Shown: in pieces, positions 24,173 through 35,233 of the stretch | How the letters are laid out: each line of letters begins with the position of its first letter | Position numbering within the stretch: position 1 is the stretch's first letter | NCBI GenBank assembly: GCA_026026165.1 | Contig: JAPEUD010000022.1 | Location: 62,001-126,000 of the forward strand | Direction of reading: 5' to 3' | Length of the DNA stretch: 64,000 bases | From: Sarea resinae | Lineage: Eukaryota | Translations under genes and position numbers: made by a program | Notes under the pieces: model-generated | What the model saw: the letters and a program-made list of their open reading frames with translations, nothing else | Told to the model about the DNA's origin: nothing | Database searches by the model: none

Positions 24173-25305
24173 CTATAGTCCCGTGGACCCGGTTGCGATC
24201 AGGTTCAACCACGCCGCCAATCGATACCCAGCTGTACGTACATCACCACTCGTCAGCCACGGACTCCTTCAAAGAACACCATGCTCACCTCTCGCAAGCT
24301 GCAGCTTGATGACCGGCAATGCCGTATCATAGTAATCGCCGTCGAGATCCGTGTTCTCGACAGCACTGATGCCATCCGGCATGACCGTGGAGCAGACGTA
24401 AGCGTTCGAGCTCTCAGCCCAGCCCGTGGCCGTAGTGATGGGATCGGAGAAGTCCAGGTCGTCGAGCCAGGAAGAGGCTTCAGAAGCGTATGAGCCGCCT
24501 GATTTGATGTCGGCGACGAGTTCCTTGGAGAACGTCTCGGCGGATGATTCCGACGAGGAGCCGGTATAGTATTCGATCATGTTGGTGTCCCAGATATGGT
24601 GCAGGTTTGTGGAGGTCCCGTCACTGGAGAGCGGTTAGAGGAGGCCATCATGGGAGGGGCGCATCACATACAACGTGACATCGATGTCATTGCCGCCATA
24701 GTCTGCACAGGAGTCAACTCATGTTCGCATTCGAGTCTTGGAGGAAATACCGAGATTCTCGTCATGCAGCGGCTGGTGGATATCTCCAATGAACTATTCT
24801 ATGGTTTCAATATCGAACGACGGCGGATCCCCGAAAGAAGAAAAACTCACATGGATGATAAAATTCATAGCATCGAGCTGCTGCGTTCCCGTATATTTCT
24901 GGACTCTTTCCGTCTGCACCACACTCAGTCCACGTCCAGAGCAAGTGGATAGCAGTACTTTACATAATTATTGATAGCGCTGACGACACATCCCTCGGAC
25001 CCGCAATCCCGGGAATACTTGACGCCGCATGAATCGGGCGGGCTGTCGAGGGCATCAATGAAGTGAAGCGGCTTGGACCACTCTCCCGACGACGTATACT
25101 TGTAGGTGTCTGCCCATGTCGCCGCATTTGCGAGGTACGAATCCGACGTGTCGCCCAGGATGTTCTGGCAGTACGTCGCCGTGTCCGAGGTCACGAAGCT
25201 TTGCGCGATGTAGGCGATAGTCTCGTGGCCAACATCGCCCCAGGCCAAAGACTCGGGGAGAGCAGAGAGGAGGGCGAGCACGAAGGGCAGCGAGTAACGG
25301 GCCAT
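24173..25305 (-). CDS. Secreted S1/P1 nuclease, multi-exon
   Basis: Signal peptide, then WGDVGHETIAYIAQ, ATWADTYK, LHFIDA, FIIH|FIGDIHQPLHDE, NLHHIWD and AGYRLAAWLN. Confidence 0.93.
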
Positions 25306-26569
25306 GATCACGTCGGTATATTGTGCAACCTGTTGGAGTGTGGTAGATGGCGGAGCTGAAGACGAGAGGCCAAACGACGTGGTGACCACGACGGCAAGTC
25401 TGTATTTATAAACATCCTTCGAGCGAGGCTGTCATGAGTGAAATGTCCAGACCGGCCATCTGGTCGGAGGGCTTTCCTTTCGAGAAGGTCAGGTCGCATC
25501 AGCGCGCACGGTGTGACGCTTGGCCATGAAAGGCAGGTTGTCGGAACGAAGAACGAAGAACCTTGAAGCTGTCACGGAAGAGAGAAGCGTGAGGGCAAGA
25601 GGGGCGATGATTGGTTGACGACATGACAGGTCGAGACCCTGGAGCGGACTGGCATATCGGGCACTACGGAGTACGGGGGAGATGTGCAAGCCCGAGGTGG
25701 GGAGCACAGGTACCATCGATCACATCGACCTTATTGTTCCCTCGCTCGGTCAGCATTGAGAGAATCACGATGCGGCGTCTGCTGCTCGTGCCTGGGGGTG
25801 GAACGGAGGCGCTTGGCATCGCATGGCGGCGGGGTGGAGTCGCGTAGGCAGCTTCCCAGACGAGAGTGCCGCTCCGTCTTGGGAGTCCGGAAAAGGGCGC
25901 TGGCAACGGCAGAGGCGCGTGACGTGCATACTCAGAGTAGTGGACGAGCCTATCGTCCGAGCCTATCGTAACCTTAAATCCCTTGATAGCCCAGACCTGC
26001 CTCAGGGGCCAGATAGGCGACTTCCGTCACCCGAGATGCTTGCAATCAGTACCTGACCCCTAGCCCATCGAACATATCAGATCAATCAAGATCGAACATC
26101 CGAACATCTTGGCTGCCATGATATACGTAGGTAGACAGTCAAGCGCAAATCGCCCGAGAAAGAGGAGGACCTCCTATACTGTGTCGCTTGCATGTTACCG
26201 CAGCACCGCTACAGCTTCGATTTGGTATTCGGACGTAAGTGCGACCAGCCCCATCACGATGGGCATCTCTGCGCCTCTAAAGAGAGACGCTTCAGACATC
26301 CCATCTCAATCTAACCATGGGAAACTCAAAGGATGGAGTGGAAAAACATGCGATGACTGCTTGGACTGGACTATGTGTACACCTAGTTGTAGCAGCAGAG
26401 CTCGTCAGACGGGTCTACTCCAAAAGGTCACGACCGAGACCCTGATGAATTCCATGTCATCATGTGTCGCCTTGAAGAAGGAACCAGAAAAAATGTAGGC
26501 CAGCTCCGATCTCCTGTGTAATGACGAATGAGACCCAACATTGAAGCAGCATCAGAGAGCTCCAAACTA

Positions 26570-29330
26570 TTACGTCCTGGTAGCCTTGGCTACCGCATGG
26601 CACAATTCCACCCTGACGCCCGCGCCTGTGAGGACGTGGATCCACAACCTCTGCGTATCGCTGAGGCGGTCGTTTTCCGATTTGACCTCGGCGAACATGA
26701 CCTCCCCTTTCTCGCCGTCCTCTTCGCCATCGCTGCTGCGCTCGAGGGTATCTCCATCCCGAGGAGGCGGTGGCCGCCATAGGAAGAGATCTGGCATGCC
26801 GCCCCCGCGCTGAGCGTATTCCTGCGCCATGACCTTGCAGACTGCAGAGAGGGCCTCTCCATTGAAGGAGCGCACGATCTCAAGCAGATCAGCGATTTCA
26901 AATGCCCAGTTCAGGCCAACGATGCACGTCGCCCGCTCGTGCTCTCTGGCATGGACTTCCTTGACCAGCCTCTCGGCGTCCCCATTGGCGATCTCAGCCA
27001 GGCGGCGATTGATCTCCGATGCACGTGAGGGGTAAAAGGCGTCGGTGTGGAGATCGAGCGGGCAGGTCTGGAAGGCGGTTTGAAAGACGTTGGGGAGATA
27101 GAGAAAGAGAATGTCGGCGAAAAGATAGGCAAACTGCTCCTTGGTCAGTTTCAGAGCATTTTAGAGGACTAACATGGCATACCAATGTCCGCATGATGCC
27201 CCCTTCGGAATGATATCCTTTCCACCCCTGGTCCCTGTACCAACTAAGGCACATAGCCTCGACAGAGCACTCGCCTCCGCCCTCCCTCTCATCAATCCAG
27301 ATAGTCTTTGCCCCTCTCGCATCTCCTACCTTTGTCTCCTCCCTTTGAACTTGAACACCCTCGACGGTCCGCTCGGTCGGTTTCGCAAGTCTGACATGTC
27401 CGAAATCATGTTGTTCTCTTTTCGCAATCTTCAAGCTCCTTTCAAGCTTCGCGATTCGTTTCTGCAGGTCGTATTGATAGATCAAATGGCAGTCACGGTC
27501 CTGAAGACCCGCTTCACAAGTCTGCAACGCGATCCGCTTCCAATGCTTCTTCTGCGCGTCGGGGTTCCGTCGTCCTTCAGGGGGTTCGTCCTCCAAAGCG
27601 GCCATGTAATGTTCCTCCAGCAAAGCCTTACGCTGATACCAGTCTCCCCGTCGCGCCAAGTGGAACAATCGTTGAGATAGCAATTCCGTCAATATCTCAT
27701 GCTCTCGCCTATGCATTTTGAACCTCCCGAGAACGTAGGCCCCTTTATGTACGATCCGAGTGTAAACCCAGCCAGGTGAGAATCTCCGTAGATAGGCTCC
27801 TTCCCCGCTCTCATATACACGGTCCTCCTTCTGCTGCTCTTCCTCGAGAATGCTCCGCCAACGAGGGAGAACGTCCTCGAAAATACCGAGAATCTTCCCC
27901 AGGCCATCCTTGGTGGGCGTACCATTAAACTCTAGTATATTGTCAATGCGAAACTGTGTCCTGATAGACGCCTCAAACTCGAGTAGTATAGATCTCGAGG
28001 GAAAGATGTTCGACGACCGCGAGACGATGTACTCGGGAAAGTTCCGACGCGAGATCCGAGCCAGAATTATGGTGATTAGAGACTTCTCCGTCCATTCGGT
28101 CGAACGATAAAAGACGAGATGGACCCTTTCGAAGAGCTTCAAAGGTGCAAGAGACAACCGGACACAAGGTCCAGTACAATTGAAGATCTTCTGAATGAAA
28201 TACTCGTCCCGATTTGTAGTGATGTCGTTCTTCGACGGACTCTCGTTGCCATCGGATCGAGAGTCGGGGGTTTTCGCATCGTCTTCCGTGTTCGATCGAG
28301 ATAGACTCCTCCAGCCAAGACCGCCTTGCTTCTGACTTGCATTTCGAAGGGCGATCAACAACTCCCGCTTGTTTTTTCCTTGGACCTTCGCGTCCTTTGC
28401 TATACCCTTTAGCTCATCCAGCTTCAACAAGGAAGACCCCTCTTCCAATGTGGTAATCTCGACTTCGGAGCGGTCCGCAAAAGTAAAAGATTCACCAAGC
28501 GTTGTTCCCTCGGACAGCTTGCCCTCTCCGGGGTTATCTTGCACACTCGTGGAAGCGGGAAGAGTATGCTCTTCTTGTAAAATCTTGACCGCAGCCGGAA
28601 GATCCGCGATATCGCTGTAGTATCCCAAACGATTAATACGATGCCATACCGCTGTCTTTCGTAGGAAAAGCCGGACGTATCTAAAATAGTGATTAGACAC
28701 ATCATCTTCAAAACAGCATCTGCGAGCCGAACGGACTACAGAAAAGTAAAAGTGTCAAACTCACAGATACTGCGCCTCGTAGTCCAACCCTCTCCAACAC
28801 TCAAAGACCTTCATCTCGGCATCGTCAAAAAGCCCGGCCTCATCCTCCAACACCGTCTCCAGCGCCAGATTGAAAGCATCCACGTAGATCGAGCTATGCC
28901 CCCTCGTCCACTTTCCCTTCCCCAGTCGACCCTGGATATCAGGAAGTAATCCTTCGGCACCTTCGGCGGCTCTAGAAGCTTCGTAGTCGGCGATGGCCTG
29001 TTTGTCCGTCTTGACAGGTGGCAAGGCACTCTCGAGATCCGTCTGTTTCAGACTCGGGGACTCGTCGTCGTCGTCGTCGCTCTCGGCCTCGGAGTCAGCT
29101 ATCTCGGGCTCCTCCTTGGCCGGTCGGGCGTCTGGCGGGAGATCTTTGTCGTTGTCGTCATCGTCAGGCCCAGGACAAGCAAATGGGCTGTCGCTGTCTG
29201 CGGAATCGAGTCGCTTCAACCGTTTGGCTGGCGGGCAGAGCTCCGTATCTTCATAATTCGTGGACGGGGGGTGTTTGACCAGTCGTCCAAGCATTTCATT
29301 ATGAGTCGACGGTCTTGTTTCCAAGACCAT
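26570..29330 (-). CDS. FAN1: Fanconi-associated nuclease 1 homolog (VRR-NUC domain), 3 exons
   Basis: YVRLFLRK, RRGDWYQRKALL, CSVEAMCL, GWKGYHSEGG, VFQTAFQTCPLDL and GGMPDLFLW...FAEVKSENDRLSDTQRLWI. Confidence 0.92.
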
Positions 29331-29600
29331 ATTGAGTGTCGTTCATCCTCAACAAAGAAGACGTCGAGTCAGATCATACTGCGTCAGGTAGGTATTTGGA
29401 CTAAGCCCTAGTTATCGATAGCGAAACACGAGACGAGCCGAAGACGAGTACTCCGTAGAAAGCGCGCGCGCAGGGAACGCGGTAGCACGTGTGTACCTCA
29501 TCATACCCTAATCACCACCTCACCAAGCCACAGACCATTCACCTCTCAGCCCGTCGTCTTTGGAACAATCAGCCAGGTGATCATCACCAGCGCATTCACA

Positions 29601-30223
29601 ATGGCAGAAGGGAGTCCAACGAGCATGTCCCTAGCGGCGCAACAATACCAAGAGGCCATGCGCAAACACCAGCATCAAACCTCGCCCTCCGAACCCCCGG
29701 AATCTTCTACCGCCCCGCCATCCGCAGCAGAACCCTCGAGCACAATTAAAACAGAAACAGAAGCAGTAGCTGAATCCCAGGATGTAAGCTTCTAGATCTC
29801 CAACAATGAAAGCAGTCTCAATTGACCGGAGAATGCTCATATCAGTCTCTCACGCCCTTGAATCAGTCGGCCGCATTATCAGCTATTCCCCCGGCACCAT
29901 CACGGACGTCTACGCCTGGTCGCGTGGTCAACGGGCATGATATGCCTTCTTCTCGTCATACCTCGACGCATCCTGAGACAACCACGGCGCCTTCCAAAGC
30001 CACGCCCAATGGCGCGCCCGCGAGAAGGTATCTCAATGAGAAAGTGACGACGGTCTTATTGGAGGGGATGAAGGATCTAGCAAGGGACCAGTATGATTTT
30101 ACCTCATTTTTCTCCCAGGCAGGGTCTAACATTGTCTTTAGGCCGAAAGATCCGTTGAGAGTACTGGGCGAGTTTCTTTTGCAGAAGAGCAAGGAGCTCG
30201 AGGGCACGCGAACGGATACTTGA
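29601..30223 (+). CDS. SDC1: COMPASS subunit Sdc1/Dpy-30, 3 exons
   Basis: GAPARRYLNEKVTTVLLEGMK...PKDPLRVLGEFLLQKS is the Dpy-30 motif. Confidence 0.88.
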
Positions 30224-30606
30224 TGATTCATTGAAGTTATGCATAGCCAGGAGTCGGGATGATATCAATTGCTTGGAGTTCGGAAATCATAATCAAACTA
30301 CTGCACTTCTCATACGACTCAATACGCATTGAGGTATTGTTTGTTTCCGGGAGGTCCAAGGACACAGACATAGCTGAGTACTTGTATATCAGCATCATGT
30401 ATTGCCTGAAGCTGGATGGTATCAGACTGGACATAGTCTCATAGTCAACAGTGTCACTTCATATAGTACAACGCGGACTGATATGTTTAATTCTTTTCCG
30501 AATTGCAGAAAAGGCGAACGCCGAATTCGTGCAAGATGCCTAACCTCAATACACTAACCCTCTCCACGTTCACGACTATGACCCTTCTCGTCTCCGCTCC
30601 ATTCCT

Positions 30607-31278
30607 CTATGCCACCAGGGTGCTGGCGGTAGCGCTCTCGTATCTCCAAGTCGGTGGTAGAGCACCGACGGTCTTGTAGTATCTCGACAGACGGTGGATG
30701 CGGGACTCGATGAGAATGAGACGGAACTTGGAGTCCTTGTCCTTGCGGTTGCGCTCGAGATGCTTGCGGACGGCGACGGCCTGGAAGCAACGCCGTCAGA
30801 GGGATCATTGAGCACTCCATCCGAAGCAAGACGTACCTTCTTGATCAACATGTAGAGGTCCTCTGGAATCTCGGGGGCGAGACCTGTACGTGTATCACTC
30901 CGTCAGTCTGTGACCAAACAGAGGCATTATATATGTCGTTGCTCTTGCTTGCAGAGCAAACAAGACTCAAGACGGATCATCCATACCATTGGACTTGAGA
31001 ATTCGGAGGATCTTGTTGCCTAGACCAGCGAGTTAGTTTCTTGTTCCCAACGCCTTCATTCTTCAGGGAAACACACCAGTGACGATCTTGACCTGGGCAA
31101 CACCGTGCGAGTCACGGAGCACGACACCGATTTGCGAGGGCGTGGCGCCCTTCTTGGCGAGCTTGCAGATCTGGTCGACGACCTGCTCGGGGGTGGTCTT
31201 GAGCCAGGCCGGGGCGGTGCGCGAGTAGGGGATGGCGCTGGCGGAGATACCCTTTCCTTTGCTGTGAAGACGACCCAT
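30607..31278 (-). CDS. RPS13: 40S ribosomal protein S13 (uS15), 4 exons
   Basis: [20 protein letters not shown]...[52 protein letters not shown]. Confidence 0.97.
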
Positions 31279-31428
31279 GATGGCGATGGAGTTGGAATGA
31301 GGATGGAGTCGTTGAAGTCGGTCTTCTTCGTCGTCGTCGTCGGTCGTGGTGGTCGTCGCGAGTGTTCGATCTCGGTTTGCTGGAGGTGAGAGATCGCGAA
31401 GATTGAAAGTTCGCGGGTTTGTGGGTCA

Positions 31429-31520
31429 GGTGACTGTCGGTTTGGGGCGGTACTGCGCAGTACTCCGTACTTTTGCGCGCAAGTCAAGCGAGAGGGTACT
31501 TGGTCGACGGGACTTAGGGC
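31429..31520. promoter_or_regulatory. Ribosomal-protein promoter motifs (Homol-D-like and TTAGGGC)
   Basis: GGTGACTG (CAGTCACC on the minus strand) at 31429-31436 and TTAGGGC at 31514-31520, upstream of RPS13. Confidence 0.5.
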
Positions 31521-31757
31521 AACGGCTCGGATGCATCATTGGCTCGCTAAGAAGTTGTTTCTCGAGTCTTCCGAGCTTGCCTTGCGTTGTTTTCCCGACT
31601 CGATCTCTTCGTCTTCACGGAGACATCATCCTGCCATCCTTCTCGAATCCCAACTTCACTCTTGAAGCACTTCTCCTTCTTTGCTCTACTGACACTAAAT
31701 CCCCACAACACTAACCGCCCTCCAGCTTCAATGAGCTTCAGCTTCAGCCTCCACCAC

Positions 31758-31758
31758 C

Positions 31759-31820
<62 letters not shown>
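31758..31820 (+). repeat. (CAA)21 microsatellite
   Basis: Perfect trinucleotide run read directly from the sequence. Confidence 0.95.
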
Positions 31821-31956
31821 AAACAATCTCACGCACCAAGCAAACCGTACGTCTTCCCATCTCCTATCCCACCCACCCGCACCCATCCCAAAACTGCCCA
31901 CCCCAAAAGAAGAGAATCCGAAAAAAGAAGAAGAAGAAGAAGAGACAAACAAAAAA

Positions 31957-32068
31957 ATGATGAGACACAACCTATACATATATATTTTCTGGTACCTCTT
32001 ATGTCAGGACTCTTGCGCCCTTGCGAATTAGCTCGGGCGCGTTTCCGATGATCTATATGGACTTCTGA
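31957..32068 (+). ncRNA. snR48: Box C/D snoRNA, snR48-type guide for LSU rRNA 2'-O-methylation
   Basis: Box C ATGATGA at 31957 and box D CTGA at 32065. The 15-nt element TTTTCTGGTACCTCT (31985-31999) is antisense to the conserved 25S rRNA sequence AGAGGUGCCAGAAAA, with one G:U pair, and is followed by a D'-like ATGT. Confidence 0.8.
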
Positions 32069-33364
32069 TTTACCTTGTCTTCTTCTTCTTTCTTCTCCTT
32101 CTTTTGGCGCGCGCGCGCGAGCCTTTGCAACTTCGGGCTCTGCCCTTTACCCCTCTGCTCCTCTTTCTCGTGTTCGATTCGATTCGATTCGACTCGACTC
32201 TCCTTCCGACGTGTATACCCACCACCACCACCACCACCGCCGCCGTATGTATTCAATAGGTACGGTGGTGGTGCATGGAACAGGTTACACAAACGTTGAG
32301 AGTCGGGTCGAGTTGGGTTGGTGACAACCAATGGGCTGATGGCTGATGGCTGATTGCTGACGTTGGCTCGCACGACAGATCGATAGATAGATACCTGCCT
32401 GCCTGCATACGTCTGACATGTTCGTCACGGCCCGCCTGCGTAACGACTTCCCTCTTCCAGCGATCAATCAATAAAACAAATAAAGAAATCAATAAATCAA
32501 ATGTCACAAAGCCACCTTGACACCTCGGGACTGAAGCGTGTGCTGCCAGCCGTAGTATTAGTACCTCGGCCTATCAAAAGAAGCATCCCCTCCCAATAAA
32601 GAAGATGATAGAGAGGCTCAATACCTTAGTCCTAGTCCTTCGCCCTTCGCCCTCGCCCCGTCCTTCTCTGCAGTCATTCTCCCTCCCCTCTCCCCTTCAC
32701 CCCTCCCCGTTATTCTTCTCCTCCGCCCCCACACGATCAATCCCTCCAGAGCACCAAGCCGCTCAACCAGTCCCATGTTAAGTCCCTTCAGAGCAAACAA
32801 ATCATCATACATACACACATAGATATATATCAATTGCATTCAAGGAAGTCATTAGATACTAGAGTAGACAACTTAGCAAATAGCAAGCGCTAGAATCGAG
32901 AAGATGACGCTACCCTCCTCGTGCTCCTCGTCCCAATCTCTCTCCCCCTAAGAAAAAGACCCCGGGACATATGTTCCAGCCATAGAAATCCGCCTCCGAC
33001 TTCACTTTCGCCTTCGCTTTCGCCTTCGCCGTCGCCTTCGCCGTCGCCGGCGCCATGCTAATTTATAGTAGGTACAATGCAAGACAAAAAGGAAAGAGTG
33101 CAGAAAACGCAGCGAGCCACCCAACCAACCAGCCTTGGAGCTTCGAAAAAGAAAGGCTGGAAACCCAAAACATCAAACATCCAAAGTCGAACTCGAGATT
33201 CAAAGACCACTCCAAGCATAACGCACGCTCGAGACCGCCCAGACCCTTTCAAATCACGCCAAACAAGCCACCAACCGAGCCGCCAATCGCTATCACGGGA
33301 AATCAAAACGAAGAAAAAGAAAAGAAAAGACATGAGAGGTAGCAATGGGCCATGACGCAGAACA

Positions 33365-35233
33365 TCAATCCGAGGCCGATCTTCTTTCCTGTCTCATGCC
33401 CGCGACAGGCACTCCTAGATTGCCAACCGCAAACGTAGTCTGTGGATCCCAGTCCCGTCCTATGCTTGTCCCCCTCACTGAGGTGGGAGATCGAGGGCTC
33501 GAGAAACTCTGGACCGGGGATCGATATTTGGCATCTTGGCCGAAATAGCCTCCTCTCCCGCCCAAGTCATCCTTATCGACCGGATGGGCAGACAGAGGCG
33601 ACTCCTTGGGGCTCAGGATGACCGACTCGGGAGACTTGATGGGAGACTTTAGGCTCAGTGGCCTCCCAGTGGGTTGCGGAGTAAGCATTTCGTAGGTACG
33701 GGGATCGTTCGAGAGGCGTCGGGCGTCTGCGGAGACGAATTCACGCTTGTTGCGGGCGGCGCGACTTGGGGAAAGCTGGCCAAAGAGCAAAGATGCCCAG
33801 CCAGTCACCATTGACCAACGGCCAATAAGAAGCCAGAGCCATATGCCGTTCATCTATTTTTATTAGTTGGATCGGCAAGAGTGGAAACCAGGTCATACCG
33901 AGAGGAGAATCAGTACAGCCATGACGGTAGCTTGATTGACCACGAGATGATGAGCTAGAGGCAGGCATTTCTCTTTGTCGCCTTTCGTCTCCAGCAGACA
34001 TTGAAGCCAGGGTTGAGCCTTTGAGGCATTCGTCAAGGCGTCTTGTGTCGTAGCATCCATATAGACAAAGACGATCGAGAAGAAGACGACGTCGGCGATA
34101 ATGATAATGACAATAGCGATGCCACGCCATTGAAGCTCGATGACCCGTTTCACTCTTCGATACGCTGCTCGCGCACTGACGTTGGTGACGCTACCGTTAT
34201 AGGTCGGAAGGCCCGAACTGCTGGCGCTCCGTGCGTTGCTGTCGGCCATGAGAGATCTAAGATAGACTCGGATACAATATCCGAAGCTGAGTCCGTCAGC
34301 AGTGGTTTCACCAACAGGATCAAACTTCTTACGTTCCAGCTTGCAAGACCATTGCCAGGCCAGCAACACCAAGCAACAAGCCCCAGAAATCAGCCATGCT
34401 ACCGTGATGATTAATATGGCAGGTGTCTCCGAATCTATAGGAGACACCAGTGACGGAGAGGGCCACGGCCAGTAGAGCAATAGGAAGGATCCAGCCGGTT
34501 GCCATCGAAGAAAAGAAGAAGGTTCGACCAGGAACAATGTCCCAGCAGATTTGAAGATGCATTGAAATCGCTCGTATTAAAACTGCCAAATGTTAGTGGA
34601 GATCCCGAACCATCATTGAAGAGCATACTCCATAAGATCGTCACCCATCCTCCTATCAAAAGAAATGCCCCGGATATAGCACAGGTAAAATTCGATTCCA
34701 TGTCATGAGGTGTTATTGCGTTGTAGCACTGATTCGGCTTCGCACCGAGGGGAATTATAAAAGCAAGCTACACACATCAGCACGAAGCAGATCATCAGAC
34801 CACCAAACGCACCTGCATGAGCATGACTCCCATTACCAGACAGACACTGAGATAGTGACGTCTCGTCCGCTCCACCGGCAGCACCAGGAACGATGCTAGG
34901 AGCATCACATTCATGACCAATCCGACCACACATAGCCAATTCGAGATGCGGGAGAGGTGAAAGAAGTCTTCAGTCGATTAGGATGAGTTCCAGAAGGCTC
35001 CGGTTGACTTACTGTCTGGATATACCCAATCCGTCAGTGGACATGGTATGCAACAGCTTATAGCCCCTGCGGCCGAGGGTATTTCTGCGCAGAACCGTGA
35101 GGACGTGACTGTGGCCGTCAGCTAGGGCATCGAGATTGCGCATGGGATGAAGCATACATCCGCCTTTGGTGGGGTAGTTTGCTTCCAAGAGGAACGGTGC
35201 TGGGCATTGGAGATGCGCTGCGGCCAATGCCAT
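33365..35233 (-). CDS. gprM: Seven-transmembrane GPCR-like protein (GprM-like), multi-exon
   Basis: Cys-rich N-terminus (CPAPFL...CCIPCPLTDW), TSRHYLSVCL, CAISGAFLLIGGW, LQICWDIVPG, LQWRGIAIV, several TM segments and a Ser/Pro-rich tail. Confidence 0.7.

Noticed and set aside
30884..30986. Intronic C/D snoRNA in RPS13 intron 2 (GGATGA...CTGA)
   Set aside because: The CTGA is part of the branch site ACTGAC, box C is too close to the donor, and no rRNA-antisense element was recognised.
31587..32051. Poly-Q ORF of 154 aa
   Set aside because: It is produced by the CAA microsatellite and low-complexity DNA, overlaps the snoRNA, and has no domain features.
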